Part shown: positions 9,001 to 14,525 of the stretch, in pieces
Numbering within the stretch: position 1 is the stretch's first letter
How the letters are laid out: every line of letters starts with the position of its first letter
DNA from: a bacterium
GTDB taxonomy: Bacteria > Patescibacteriota > Patescibacteriia > JAGPKW01
Length of the DNA stretch: 50,427 nt
Assembly: GCA_021780535.1 (NCBI GenBank)
Contig: JAJXYN010000004.1
Span: 1 to 50,427, forward strand
Reading direction: 5' to 3'
The notes under the pieces: generated by a model
Databases searched by the model: none
What the model was told of the DNA's origin: nothing
What the model saw: the letters and a program-made list of their open reading frames with translations, nothing else
Program-made: the position numbers and the translations under genes

Positions 9001-10869
9001 TTTATTACAAATGGATCTTCTGCTGTAACTTGTGGATTTAATTGTGTTGGCGGTTATTACTATAATGGTACTAATAGAACTTGTACTATTTGTGGTGCTA
9101 ATACTTGGGCACCTAGCGCTAATCAATATACTTCTTGTGCTGCTTGTGCCACTGAAACTTGGTCTTCTGCTGGAGCATCTTCTTGTACAGCTTGTGGTTA
9201 TTCTGGATGGAGTAATACTACATGTAATACTGGAAATACTTGGAATGCAACAAGGATTATAACATCTGGCAATACTACTCAATGTACAGCTCTTTCTACT
9301 ACAAACAATGGAGCTTGCTCATATTGTACTGGTACTCAAAGCCAAAGTCAGGCTTGTTCTATAGCTAATGGTACTGGAACGCAAAGTCAGAGTAGGACTT
9401 GTACAAATAATAACTATGATTCTTGGGGATCTTGGGGAACTTGTACTGTGGTAAGTTGTAATGATAATTATTACAAATCAAGTGCTACGGTTTGTTCTGC
9501 TTGTGCTGCTGAAACATGGTCTTCTGCTGGAGCATCTTCTTGTACGGCTTGCGGTTATTCTGGATGGAGTAATACTACATGTAATACTGGTAATACTTGG
9601 AATGCAACAAGAACTATAACATCTGGTAATACTACTCAATGTAAAACTATTTCTACTATAAATAACGGAGCTTGCTCGTATTGTACTGGTACTCAAAATC
9701 AAAGTCAGGCTTGTTCTATAGCTAATGGTACTGGAACGCAAAGTCAGAGTAGAACTTGTACAAATAATAACTATGATGCTTGGAGTGCTTGGAGTGGTTG
9801 TACTTTAACAAGTTGTAATACTGATTATGTTGCTTCTGGAAATTCTTGCGTACTTAGAACTTGTACTTTCCCGGATGATTATAACGCTGATCACCAAGCT
9901 TGCATAAGTAATAATTTCTATGATGTTTATTATGTGAAGAAAACTACTTCTAATTGTACTGTACCTTATAAATATGATTATAATCCATATAATAGTACTT
10001 ATGGTGCTAATGATATTTTATGGTGTAATAGTGGTAATCTTCCAGCTGGTATAGATTGTGCTTTAGTTGGTGATATAGCTGGTCATGCTTGCTCATATTG
10101 TACTGGTACTCAAAGTCAAAGTCAGGCTTGTACTATAACTAATGGTACTGGTACTCAAAGTCAGAGTAGAACTTGTACTAATAATAACTATGATGCTTGG
10201 AGTGCTTGGAGTACTTGTAGTGTTACAAGTTGTAATTCTGGATATTATGGTTCTGGAACATCTACTTGTAATGCTTGTGGATATAGTGGATGGAGTAATA
10301 TTGATTGTCAAAGTAATTCTACTTGGTATGCTACTAGAACGATAACTGCTGGTAATCCTACGGAATGTAATGCATCTTTAACTAATAGTAATAATGGCTC
10401 TTGTTGGTATTGTGGTAGTGGTTCAGCATCTTATACAACTCCTAATTCTGGAGATTGTAATAGTAGAGGAACTGCTACTTATTCTATGAATTGTAATACA
10501 TCTAATCATACATGGCCTGGTTGGGGATTTTCTTCTTGTTCTTGTAATGCTGATTATTATGGATCTCGTTGTGAAGCGACTTGTGCTTATAATAATTTAT
10601 GGACTCAGTATCAAGTAGATTGCCAAACTAATAATTTGTTTTATAGGTGGTATTATATGGACGCCTCTTCTGGAAGTAATTGTTCGAGACACTATGCCTC
10701 TGGTTATAGTGATGGTTGTACTTATTGTGCTTCACCAGGTGCTGATAATGGTAGTTGTGCTTATAGTTGTAATCCACATAATTGCAATTGTAATTGGAGT
10801 GGTGCATATTGTAGTACTTGTTATGATACTTGTTATTATACTTGTGATACTGCTCATTATTGTAGATAA
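1..10869 (+). CDS. Giant secreted/surface cysteine-rich repeat protein, 5' end outside the window (>3,596 aa). Mosaic of DUF4215/Myxococcus-type Cys-rich repeats, C-type-lectin-like, ILEI-like, LamG, ephrin-receptor-like Cys repeats and WSxWS modules.
   Basis: Frame 1 has no stop from nt 1 to the TAA at 10867-10869, and the track start at 79 is only an internal TTG. About 24 copies of GGYCGDG(x)Q...E(E/Q)CD are present. The first 26 codons (GSYSINVIVTDDYNLG) look like the end of an Ig/cadherin-like repeat. A strong terminator follows. Confidence 0.9.
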   Translation, partial: GNLLFGQNFVGSYSINVIVTDDYNLGLQSTTNPHNSSASYDIGFDIGPGCGDRIVQKNLGETCELKPNESVKNIYMDWGTYTNSVINTDFKQPDGSGDCVAYKFIENSFDWKGKLDDIPCLENHYGLCERRSSFGCDGWIAGPNDNCYLITKSSGDYDTEKSECESYNAELVVVDDANEEKSINANSLIAAKGVLWTGYRKENGYFYSVRGGRWSDASSLNNYDIYRDNIYGSGTGVSAASAYACGLPWENDACRQVKGYCGDGVYSSLFEECDKTDKTSYGKGYDINNQYGCGIGDGVNDNNPNNNTCRQQEGWCGDSSFNPTYEHCDPTVRITASESSSATFGITNGAHQYSCQPKTKNNEMTYLDYSDFEANKNVPADVMCRKSFGGYCGDGQIQMFYSIDSNGNYYISSDDVGSQDGTNQKWKGIVFDVNSKKYKYNNADMTSDQLNNIIEECDPTNYPCDPNSKEGSCRFPKNSSEIAQYGGCGQVSTSLAKSPVVLSCFVYKDLSNNIIDCAGSCTFNSTTKVCDKKNNDNNVCTIYYQKKNGGYGMVNYTGECGCKKIYGGYCGDSIVQDQFNEECDSNQVDSAGFSVYDSGKLTKGNLTTISQYSDVNKQYLCGQTVAYSENIADLNKRDASGAVVSNAFTANYANVNNNEMACNILGGYCGDGVIQSDYVTLKSQSDQSWLYANQGTLEECDPKGVSVVAKYSSPNNTYTCGSVNTARACRDLSYNEQDSNNKYGGYCGDSFVQYNLTDPGVPNNPANYSIFRNTTGGNPEQCDPVGHNTLPNQSNLNNQYSCGLTPNDNACTNIGGYCGDGVVNAYRNFSTNEPSGNGDCVTLKTGIGWNGKWDDVPCTDPYEYVCEQENPSKNVCPSGFVRFDNGNYNCYSISSISSNFSSINCPIGSHLAVINSQEENDFIASLADSNSILYIGLNDIDREGEFVWSGNTGFAEECDPNSTDYKSGATSKILVGVAPASNVNKQYLCGSTGVWTTVPNDTHKYDVNGNYISSFAFDNKNQGNNSCMTFGGYCGDGVIQYDFSTTKNQSDQIFFYGNPNGSLEQCDPNGHSVMTRNSSVSNQYGCGSSGAADACQNKDGYCGDGVKQINEECDFASKAGNDYSGTNLIANGKSSVTQNSSYTQQYRCGKPQKFVTLPGIKTKYASSGSIIGTFTDADLSSENNTSSCVTFGGYCGDGVIQITADSEKTQSDQSWFYSNHGTLEECDPKGHSVIAQYSSASNSYTCGSVNTSDACTNLDYTQKDSNNNYGGYCGDGYVQYSLTSPALANSNSSNNATFQSTVGGNPEECDPFNHSVSAFYSSPNNTYLCGAINTASACQDLLYADNNSSGYCGDGKIQYDLTKPAASQGDAAEKGVINITNNSPEQCDPVGHSVLAKDSSANNTYYCGSVVDEQTNGKPYSCRDIGYATTDAVTKQGGYCGDGFTQNGTNGTQNKEECDPSSVDYLNGILISGRTTSSASKQYLCSSTGVWSSNPADTTKYKADGTSDPTFVYNNVNNSDNSCRTFGGYCGDGVVQVSFSVKKNQTTDQPWFYSNLGTLEQCDPKGHSVVTQYSSASNSYTCGSVGTANSCSNLDYTQKDSNNNYGGYCGDGYVQYSLTATPLQNIAANYPIFQTTANGDPEQCDPLNHSTSAAYSSPSNTYACGSSGTVNACKDLTAVQQDSSLKYGGYCGDGVIQYDLTKPAANQGDINETSPIVVTANSPEQCDPGTGNSHIVLAKNSSPDNTYYCGSVTDGAAYACRDVLYATTNNITKQGGYCGDGIIQDGTNGTQNKEQCDYASYVPPTPQTSSITKTYVCGDKVTVYPNDPNHDLACKLVDASHGGGYCGDGSVQFCKGSDGIIKTNHTDCWDSNNIALNGVTPLEQCDPVNYNVTPAVSSKINRYICGLQTAGDACMDKGGYCGDGTINMSLNIDGLNRRISTNDYVATNYNYDTSATLEKCDPAYTPTITETNNVFANGVKLPNIYIHSAGLEDSSGVTDHSLIINGVAKNVVGRSWAVHVFDANWNYIESQDYDVYVSQLGSCASADPTSCANAMNTYLNSLGTDKYVIFSTYDEPRGNIGIIWNTLKNFGANEDTLSHLITDFRGAYLMVGKKGIGADNNFFESYTPHYGTGVTFTTKDLNDNFLAINNTSQSGTTISDAIHYNCKNDCTFTNTATDFCGDGITQSANGEQCDPKNYVVPTNTASSSSNQYGCSLLCKDTSGYCGDGIVETAYGEECDPLNYVVPNAKQSGTNSTYNCGSVGTAKACKRLYYSDLDVPTAKYGGYCGDSKVQYNLASASGSQTDSTWKTAVTIDLTHPEQCDYNGYIIPLPSQSTVNYQYSCTDASTPIPCSKTGGYCGDSIIQSAYEECDYANYVQPTPAQSSVSRMYSCGNTTKGTYACFMLDKNNGGGYCGDNVLQNSFGEICENTSTNSSLSAWLNFEGDNNDSSLNGKNGVYTGTGSMEYLQGKNGQSANLNGDDTVTINNVNVNTNAGAKNTVSFWMYWGGGNGMMPISFGNSYDLYLVNNFFGFNTGLGDDFGIDFSPSTYANKWVHVVATVYNGVPDATNNELYINGVKQVISQKLGVSNSYRMISNSIIIGGWINDGGYRFNGMLDDVRVYNRQLTQTEINSIYNASGFSNYLYNVNDGGTIRNDLSNTTCTASCGTTGDGWTCDTGYYWNIVNYGVGTFNVCRAVPSNSVRIAGLHGGNDYRCNDGFEKDGSGGCKTCDPGYYSNGGGSCLACTAIANSNWTTKGTLANNCGFNCNASYQYDGIARTCTSCATGTWTANANQSATCSACTAITNANAFTTNGTSANTCGFNCNGAYYYNGINRTCTSCATGTWTANANQSNSCSSCTNKAGNEIYTSNATSATGCAVNGCAVGQYPLTNTSCTSCTAIANANAFTTNGTSANTCGFNCNASYQYDGIARTCTSCATGTWTANANQSTTCSACTNKATTQIYTSNATSITGCTVSDCPIGQYPSSNVTCSVCTAISGANMFITNGSSAVTCGFNCVGGYYYNGTNRTCTICGANTWAPSANQYTSCAACATETWSSAGASSCTACGYSGWSNTTCNTGNTWNATRIITSGNTTQCTALSTTNNGACSYCTGTQSQSQACSIANGTGTQSQSRTCTNNNYDSWGSWGTCTVVSCNDNYYKSSATVCSACAAETWSSAGASSCTACGYSGWSNTTCNTGNTWNATRTITSGNTTQCKTISTINNGACSYCTGTQNQSQACSIANGTGTQSQSRTCTNNNYDAWSAWSGCTLTSCNTDYVASGNSCVLRTCTFPDDYNADHQACISNNFYDVYYVKKTTSNCTVPYKYDYNPYNSTYGANDILWCNSGNLPAGIDCALVGDIAGHACSYCTGTQSQSQACTITNGTGTQSQSRTCTNNNYDAWSAWSTCSVTSCNSGYYGSGTSTCNACGYSGWSNIDCQSNSTWYATRTITAGNPTECNASLTNSNNGSCWYCGSGSASYTTPNSGDCNSRGTATYSMNCNTSNHTWPGWGFSSCSCNADYYGSRCEATCAYNNLWTQYQVDCQTNNLFYRWYYMDASSGSNCSRHYASGYSDGCTYCASPGADNGSCAYSCNPHNCNCNWSGAYCSTCYDTCYYTCDTAHYCR
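217..650 (+). other. C-type-lectin-like domain 1 inside the giant CDS, with the C-terminal half encoded before the N-terminal half
   Basis: ...QPDGSGDCVAYKF..WKGKLDDIPCLENHYGLCE matches the CTLD C-half (CV..W.D..C..f.CE). It is followed by GCDGWIAGPNDNCYLI....CESYNAELVVVDDANEEKSI....VLWTGYRK, which matches the CTLD N-half (C..GW...CY, WIGL-like). Confidence 0.5.
2470..2865 (+). other. C-type-lectin-like domain 2 inside the giant CDS, same permuted order, inserted between the CGDG and EECD halves of one Cys-rich repeat
   Basis: NAYRNFSTNEPSGNGDCVTLKTGIGWNGKWDDVPCTDPYEYVCE is followed by CPSGFVRFDNGNYNCYSI...CPIGSHLAVINSQEENDFIASL...LYIGLNDIDREGEFVWSGNTGF. Confidence 0.55.
5930..6420 (+). other. 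ILEI/FAM3-like (GG-type lectin-like) domain inside the giant CDS
   Basis: This Cys-poor island reads SLIINGVAKNVVGRSWAVHVFDANWNYIESQDYDVY...MNTYLNSLGTDKYVIFSTYDEPRGN...LKNFGANE..LITDFRGAYLMVGKKG. It resembles the ILEI/PANDER pattern as recalled from memory. No HMM was run. Confidence 0.4.
7306..7910 (+). other. LamG / concanavalin-A-like (Laminin_G_3) domain inside the giant CDS
   Basis: LSAWLNFEGDNNDSSLNGKNGVYTG...SANLNGDDTVTI...NTVSFWMYW...WVHVVATVYNG...NELYINGVKQ...IIIGGW...FNGMLDDVRVYNRQLTQTEINSIYN is the classic Laminin_G_3 motif series. Confidence 0.75.
7975..9130 (+). repeat. Tandem ephrin-receptor-like / GCC2_GCC3-type cysteine repeats with near-identical DNA copies
   Basis: CTSCATGTWTANANQSxTCSAC and NAFTTNGTSANTCGFNCN(A/G)xYxY(D/N)GIxRTC each recur 3-4 times. 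About 120 nt at 8281-8400 is almost identical to 8741-8860, and 8401-8470 to 8691-8760. Confidence 0.7.
9130..10260 (+). repeat. Three ~115-aa modules containing G.G.Q.Q.R.C and W(S/G)xW(S/G)xC motifs (thrombospondin-type-1-like, tentative)
   Basis: CAACA(T/A)ETWSSAGASSCTACGYSGWSNTTCNTGNTWNATR.ITSGNTTQC...ACSYCTGTQ.QSQACSIANGTGTQSQSRTCTNNNYD.W..W..C occurs at ~9130-9470 and ~9480-9800 with near-identical DNA. A diverged third copy sits at ~10085-10260. Confidence 0.6.
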
Positions 10870-10873
10870 ATAT

Positions 10874-10906
10874 AAAAAGAACATGTTTCTAACATGTTCT
10901 TTTTTT
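10874..10906 (+). terminator. Rho-independent terminator of the giant gene
   Basis: The stem is AGAACATGT (10878-10886) / ACATGTTCT (10892-10900) with a 5-nt loop. An A-run flanks it on the left and TTTTTT follows at 10901-10906. Confidence 0.8.
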
Positions 10907-10921
10907 GTTATACTTGTTTTT

Positions 10922-11902
10922 ATGAGAAGTTTTTTATTGAATATTTATAATAAAATAGAAAACAATAAATTTAAAATTTTATTTTTAACTTTATTTTTTG
11001 TTTTTATTGTTTTTATGAGAAGTTTTTTAGAAATAATTTTATCATCTTGGTATTATAATGATTTTTTTACTTTGAAAAATATATTTAATAGAGTTGGATT
11101 TTTGTTATTGCATTGGTTGTTTTGGTATTTTTCAGCTTTTTTGATAGTTTTTATTATATTTAAATATTTTTTAAAAGCAGAAATGGATAAAATTGTTTAT
11201 TTATCGATATCTTCTTTGATTATATTATTGCCGATGGCTTATGCTGTAATTTTGAACAATAAAATAGATTTATCTTATTTGGACTTCTCTAATGTAAACA
11301 ATTCTATCAAAAATATTTTAACTCTTTTTTATTTTGATAGTAAAAACTATGTTTTTTTCCCTGAGATGGTTTTTATTTTACTTGGAGGTTTTGTTTTTTC
11401 ATTTTTATATTCTAAAAAAATTATAAAATCTATTATAAATACTCTAATTTCGTATCTTTCTATAGGTTTGTTTATTGGTTTTGTTTATATTTGTTCAGCT
11501 TCTTTTTGTTTGATAAACACATATTCAAATATTCTTGATTCATATTTTGTTTTTTATTGGATATGTTTCTCATTTGTTTTACTTTTTGTTTTACTTTTTA
11601 AGGAAATAATATTATTTTTTAAAAATAATAAATTTTTAAATAAAACAAATTTAATAATATATTTTTTATCTACTTTTTTTGTTTTAATGTCAGTTATTTT
11701 TAAAAGTATTTATTTGATTGATTGGTTTTTAGTTTGTTTTTCTTATTCTATTTTATATTTTATTTTTATCTTTATTATAAAATATATAAAAAATAGTCAA
11801 TATTTTAGATTGATTACATTTTTTATTGTTTATGGTATTTTTATATTTTTATCTTTAGTATTATTTTATTTACGTTTTTATATCTTTAATAATATTTTTT
11901 AG
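10922..11902 (+). CDS. Polytopic integral membrane protein, function unknown
   Basis: The sequence is hydrophobic throughout, with roughly 8 or more predicted helices. The track start at 10694 overlaps the giant CDS, and the ATG at 10883 lies inside the terminator stem. ATGs at 10922 and 11015 are both preceded by the same exact 23-nt repeat TTGTTTTTATGAGAAGTTTTTTA (10914-10936 and 11007-11029), so the start is uncertain. The TAG stop overlaps the stop of the convergent gene. Confidence 0.6.
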   Translation: MRSFLLNIYNKIENNKFKILFLTLFFVFIVFMRSFLEIILSSWYYNDFFTLKNIFNRVGFLLLHWLFWYFSAFLIVFIIFKYFLKAEMDKIVYLSISSLIILLPMAYAVILNNKIDLSYLDFSNVNNSIKNILTLFYFDSKNYVFFPEMVFILLGGFVFSFLYSKKIIKSIINTLISYLSIGLFIGFVYICSASFCLINTYSNILDSYFVFYWICFSFVLLFVLLFKEIILFFKNNKFLNKTNLIIYFLSTFFVLMSVIFKSIYLIDWFLVCFSYSILYFIFIFIIKYIKNSQYFRLITFFIVYGIFIFLSLVLFYLRFYIFNNIF

Positions 11903-12960
11903 TTATTTTTTAATGCTATTAAGTTTATAGAAGTAGTTATTATTGAATTTGTATAGGTTTCCCAAGAATCTTCTTTTGATAATCTAAATTTCCAAAATAC
12001 TTCATTTGAATCCCAAGACCCATCTTTATTTTGATTTTCTAATATTATTTTACTAGCCTTCTCATTATCTACCCCACATGTTTTTAGTGATGCTAGTGCT
12101 AATGCTGTTTCGTAATTATTTCCAAAACCATTACCCCATGATCCATTTATATTTTGTGATTTTTGTATGAAATTTATAGCTTTATTTTTTATTTCATCAA
12201 GCCCTACATCTTTATACTCACATAAAAACTTTAAAAACATATATGTAGAATAGTATTTTGAAGGGTAGAAATAGCTTTTAAATGATCCATCTTCGTTTTG
12301 GCTATTTTTTATTAAATTTTTATTAATTTCAAAATTATTTCTTTGTTTTGTTTCTAGTAATAGATTGTATATATTTGCATTTACTTCTGAGTGAGATTTA
12401 TAATTTTCTTTTGAATCTTGCATCAATTGGTTTTCTCTAAAAGATGAAAAATCTTTTGTATCTTTATTATAGAAAAATTCTATATCATTTAATTTATAAT
12501 CTATTTTTAACTTTTCTAATGTTCTCATAGCAAAAGCTGTATCATCTGAATCGTTCCATTCTTTAATTTTTTCTTTAGTTTCGTAGCCCCACAAAGATTC
12601 TCCCGGAGTGTTTATATTTCTTAATAGTGTATTTATTTCATTTTTATCTAATCTTTCTCCTATTGCTTGTGATATGAAAAATCCGTAAATAATGGACCCC
12701 GTGTATGGATTCATACAGTTTGGACATTTTTTTACATCTCCTTTTGCTATGCTTTTCATAGAAAATGGTTGTTTAGAATCTATTTTATTCTTTAAGTATC
12801 TTGTACCTTTTTCTATAGCTTCTTTATTGCTTGTGTTATTATTCATTGATTTTTTTGTATTTTTTGATCCTTGATTTTGTGTTGATAAAAAAAATAAAAA
12901 TAAAATAGATGCTATTATCATGATGGTTATTACTAATATAATATTTATTTTTTTTGTCAT
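11899..12960 (-). CDS. Membrane-anchored protein with prenyltransferase / squalene-cyclase-type alpha-alpha toroid repeats
   Basis: An N-terminal TM helix (ILVITIMIIASILFLFFL) is followed by repeats of the Q.xDGSW type: SQNEDGSFKSYFY, SQNINGSWGNGFGNNYETALALASL and NQNKDGSWDS. Confidence 0.6.
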   Translation of the reverse strand: MTKKINIILVITIMIIASILFLFFLSTQNQGSKNTKKSMNNNTSNKEAIEKGTRYLKNKIDSKQPFSMKSIAKGDVKKCPNCMNPYTGSIIYGFFISQAIGERLDKNEINTLLRNINTPGESLWGYETKEKIKEWNDSDDTAFAMRTLEKLKIDYKLNDIEFFYNKDTKDFSSFRENQLMQDSKENYKSHSEVNANIYNLLLETKQRNNFEINKNLIKNSQNEDGSFKSYFYPSKYYSTYMFLKFLCEYKDVGLDEIKNKAINFIQKSQNINGSWGNGFGNNYETALALASLKTCGVDNEKASKIILENQNKDGSWDSNEVFWKFRLSKEDSWETYTNSIITTSINLIALKNN

Positions 12961-13024
12961 TTATTTTTTTATTTTATGTTACAATGTTATTAATTATACA
13001 ATAAAAATTCATAATTAAGAATTC

Positions 13025-13888
13025 ATGTTTTTTAAAAAAATATTAGGATTTATAAATTTATACAGACTAGATATTGCTTTTATAACAGTTCTTTTATATT
13101 TGTTCGGATCTTTTTTTGTTATTGGGTTTAAATCTTTCAATGTAATTAATTTTTTGATGTCATTTTTGATTTCTTTTGTTTCTGTTAATTTTATATATTC
13201 TTTAAATTCTTGGTTTGATGCTGATATTGATAAAATAAATAAACCTACTAGACCAATTCCTGCTGGAATTATTACTAAAAAAGAAGCATATATTTATTCA
13301 ATTTGTTTATTACTAGTATCTATTGTTTATCCTATATTTTTTATTAATATTTCTAATTTTATATTATTAGTTTATATTTTTCCGATTATTGGTATTTTAT
13401 ATTCAAATAAAATTTTTAGCTTTAAAAAAAATAAATATTTGGCTTTGTTTGCTATTACTTTTTCTCTTGTTATGGTTTTTGCCATTAGTTTTTTAATTAA
13501 TGGTGGAATTATTAATAATAATTTTATTTTAACGACTATTTCTTTTTGGTTTTTAACTATTGCCATCGTTATTTTTAAAGATTTATCTGATATAGAAGGG
13601 GATAAAAAATACGGATCTGAAAATTGGTTTGTTGTATTATCTAAAAATAAAGTTTTGGCTATTTCGTTTATTTTTATATTATTATCTTTTATATTTTCTT
13701 TTTTTATGGATAATATTTTTATTAAAATTATTACTATTATACAATTATCTTCTATTTTATTTCTACTTTTTATATTTTCCATTTTTAAAATTAATTTTGA
13801 TAAATTTTATAATTCTCTTCTTAAGTTTCTTATTATTAATGGATTTATTTATATTATTATTTATTCCTGTGTTAAATTATTTTTATAA
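13025..13888 (+). CDS. UbiA-family aromatic/isoprenoid prenyltransferase
   Basis: The first Asp-rich motif is NSWFDADIDKINKPTRPIPAG and the second is KDLSDIEGDKKYG. The protein has about 8-9 TM helices and is 287 aa. It is divergent from the toroid-repeat gene across a 64-bp spacer. Confidence 0.8.
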   Translation: MFFKKILGFINLYRLDIAFITVLLYLFGSFFVIGFKSFNVINFLMSFLISFVSVNFIYSLNSWFDADIDKINKPTRPIPAGIITKKEAYIYSICLLLVSIVYPIFFINISNFILLVYIFPIIGILYSNKIFSFKKNKYLALFAITFSLVMVFAISFLINGGIINNNFILTTISFWFLTIAIVIFKDLSDIEGDKKYGSENWFVVLSKNKVLAISFIFILLSFIFSFFMDNIFIKIITIIQLSSILFLLFIFSIFKINFDKFYNSLLKFLIINGFIYIIIYSCVKLFL

Positions 13889-13935
13889 GTGATAAAATAT
13901 ATGTAATGCAATAATTAGTTAATGATTTAATAATT

Positions 13936-14427
13936 ATGAAAAAAATTATCTTTATATTATCTTTGTTTTTATTATCTTTGTTTTTATCTGGGTGTGTTTC
14001 TGTAGATAACGTAAAAAAAAGTAATTCCAATAGTAAAATTAATACAAAAGTAGAGAATAATGAATTGCCAATAAAGGATCCTGTCATTATAGAAAAATGT
14101 CTTACATCTGATTGCTTTTTAGATAAGTTTGAAAAATGCTCTCCTGTCCAATATTTTTGGCATGAAAATAAAACAAAAAAAATAAGTTTTTTAGTTGTTT
14201 TTGGTGAAGTTAATGGAAAATGTAATGTAATGCTTAATAAAGATGACTTGACTAATAATTTACAGTGTTTTCTTTCATCTGATTATTTAACTAAAAAAAC
14301 TTTTGATCAATTAGTTAATAAGGATTTTTCTAAAAAATCTGAAATAGATACTATATGTTCTGTTGTTAATGTTATTGAAAATAATAAGGGTAATGATGCT
14401 AAAGTAGATTTTAAAAAAATAAAATAG
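13936..14427 (+). CDS. Cys-rich lipoprotein, function unknown
   Basis: The signal peptide carries a lipobox (LFLSGC). The mature part contains six further Cys residues. Confidence 0.65.
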   Translation: MKKIIFILSLFLLSLFLSGCVSVDNVKKSNSNSKINTKVENNELPIKDPVIIEKCLTSDCFLDKFEKCSPVQYFWHENKTKKISFLVVFGEVNGKCNVMLNKDDLTNNLQCFLSSDYLTKKTFDQLVNKDFSKKSEIDTICSVVNVIENNKGNDAKVDFKKIK

Positions 14428-14449
14428 GTTAAATCCTATTTTTATTTTT
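14421..14449 (+). terminator. Rho-independent terminator
   Basis: AAAATAGG / CCTATTTT stem with loop TTAAAT, followed by a T-rich tail. Confidence 0.55.
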
Positions 14450-14525
14450 GTTGATAATATTCTATTAAAATATTTATTATTGTTGTATAATGTGATTACT
14501 AGAAGCTAAGTAATTATTATTTAAT

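Noticed and set aside
658-10345. Many 60-160-aa ORFs lie on the minus strand and in other + frames inside the giant gene (for example 658-981, 1009-1452, 8240-8650, 8800-9282).
   Set aside because: They are low-complexity translations rich in I, L, R, S and T from the alternative frames of a repetitive, codon-biased CDS. None has start signals or recognisable motifs. The 10.8-kb frame-1 ORF explains the region.
10694-10921. The track start of the 402-aa ORF overlaps the giant CDS by 176 nt.
   Set aside because: The overlapping part is an alternative-frame reading of the Cys-rich tail. A strong terminator hairpin (10874-10906) lies between the giant gene's stop and the first plausible ATG, so the start was moved to 10922.
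13372-14087. Antisense and alternative-frame ORFs over the UbiA gene and its 3' end (13372-13782 minus, 13629-13892 plus, 13872-14087 minus).
   Set aside because: These are AT-rich frame noise. The UbiA frame carries both Asp-rich motifs, and the lipoprotein gene explains 13936 onward.
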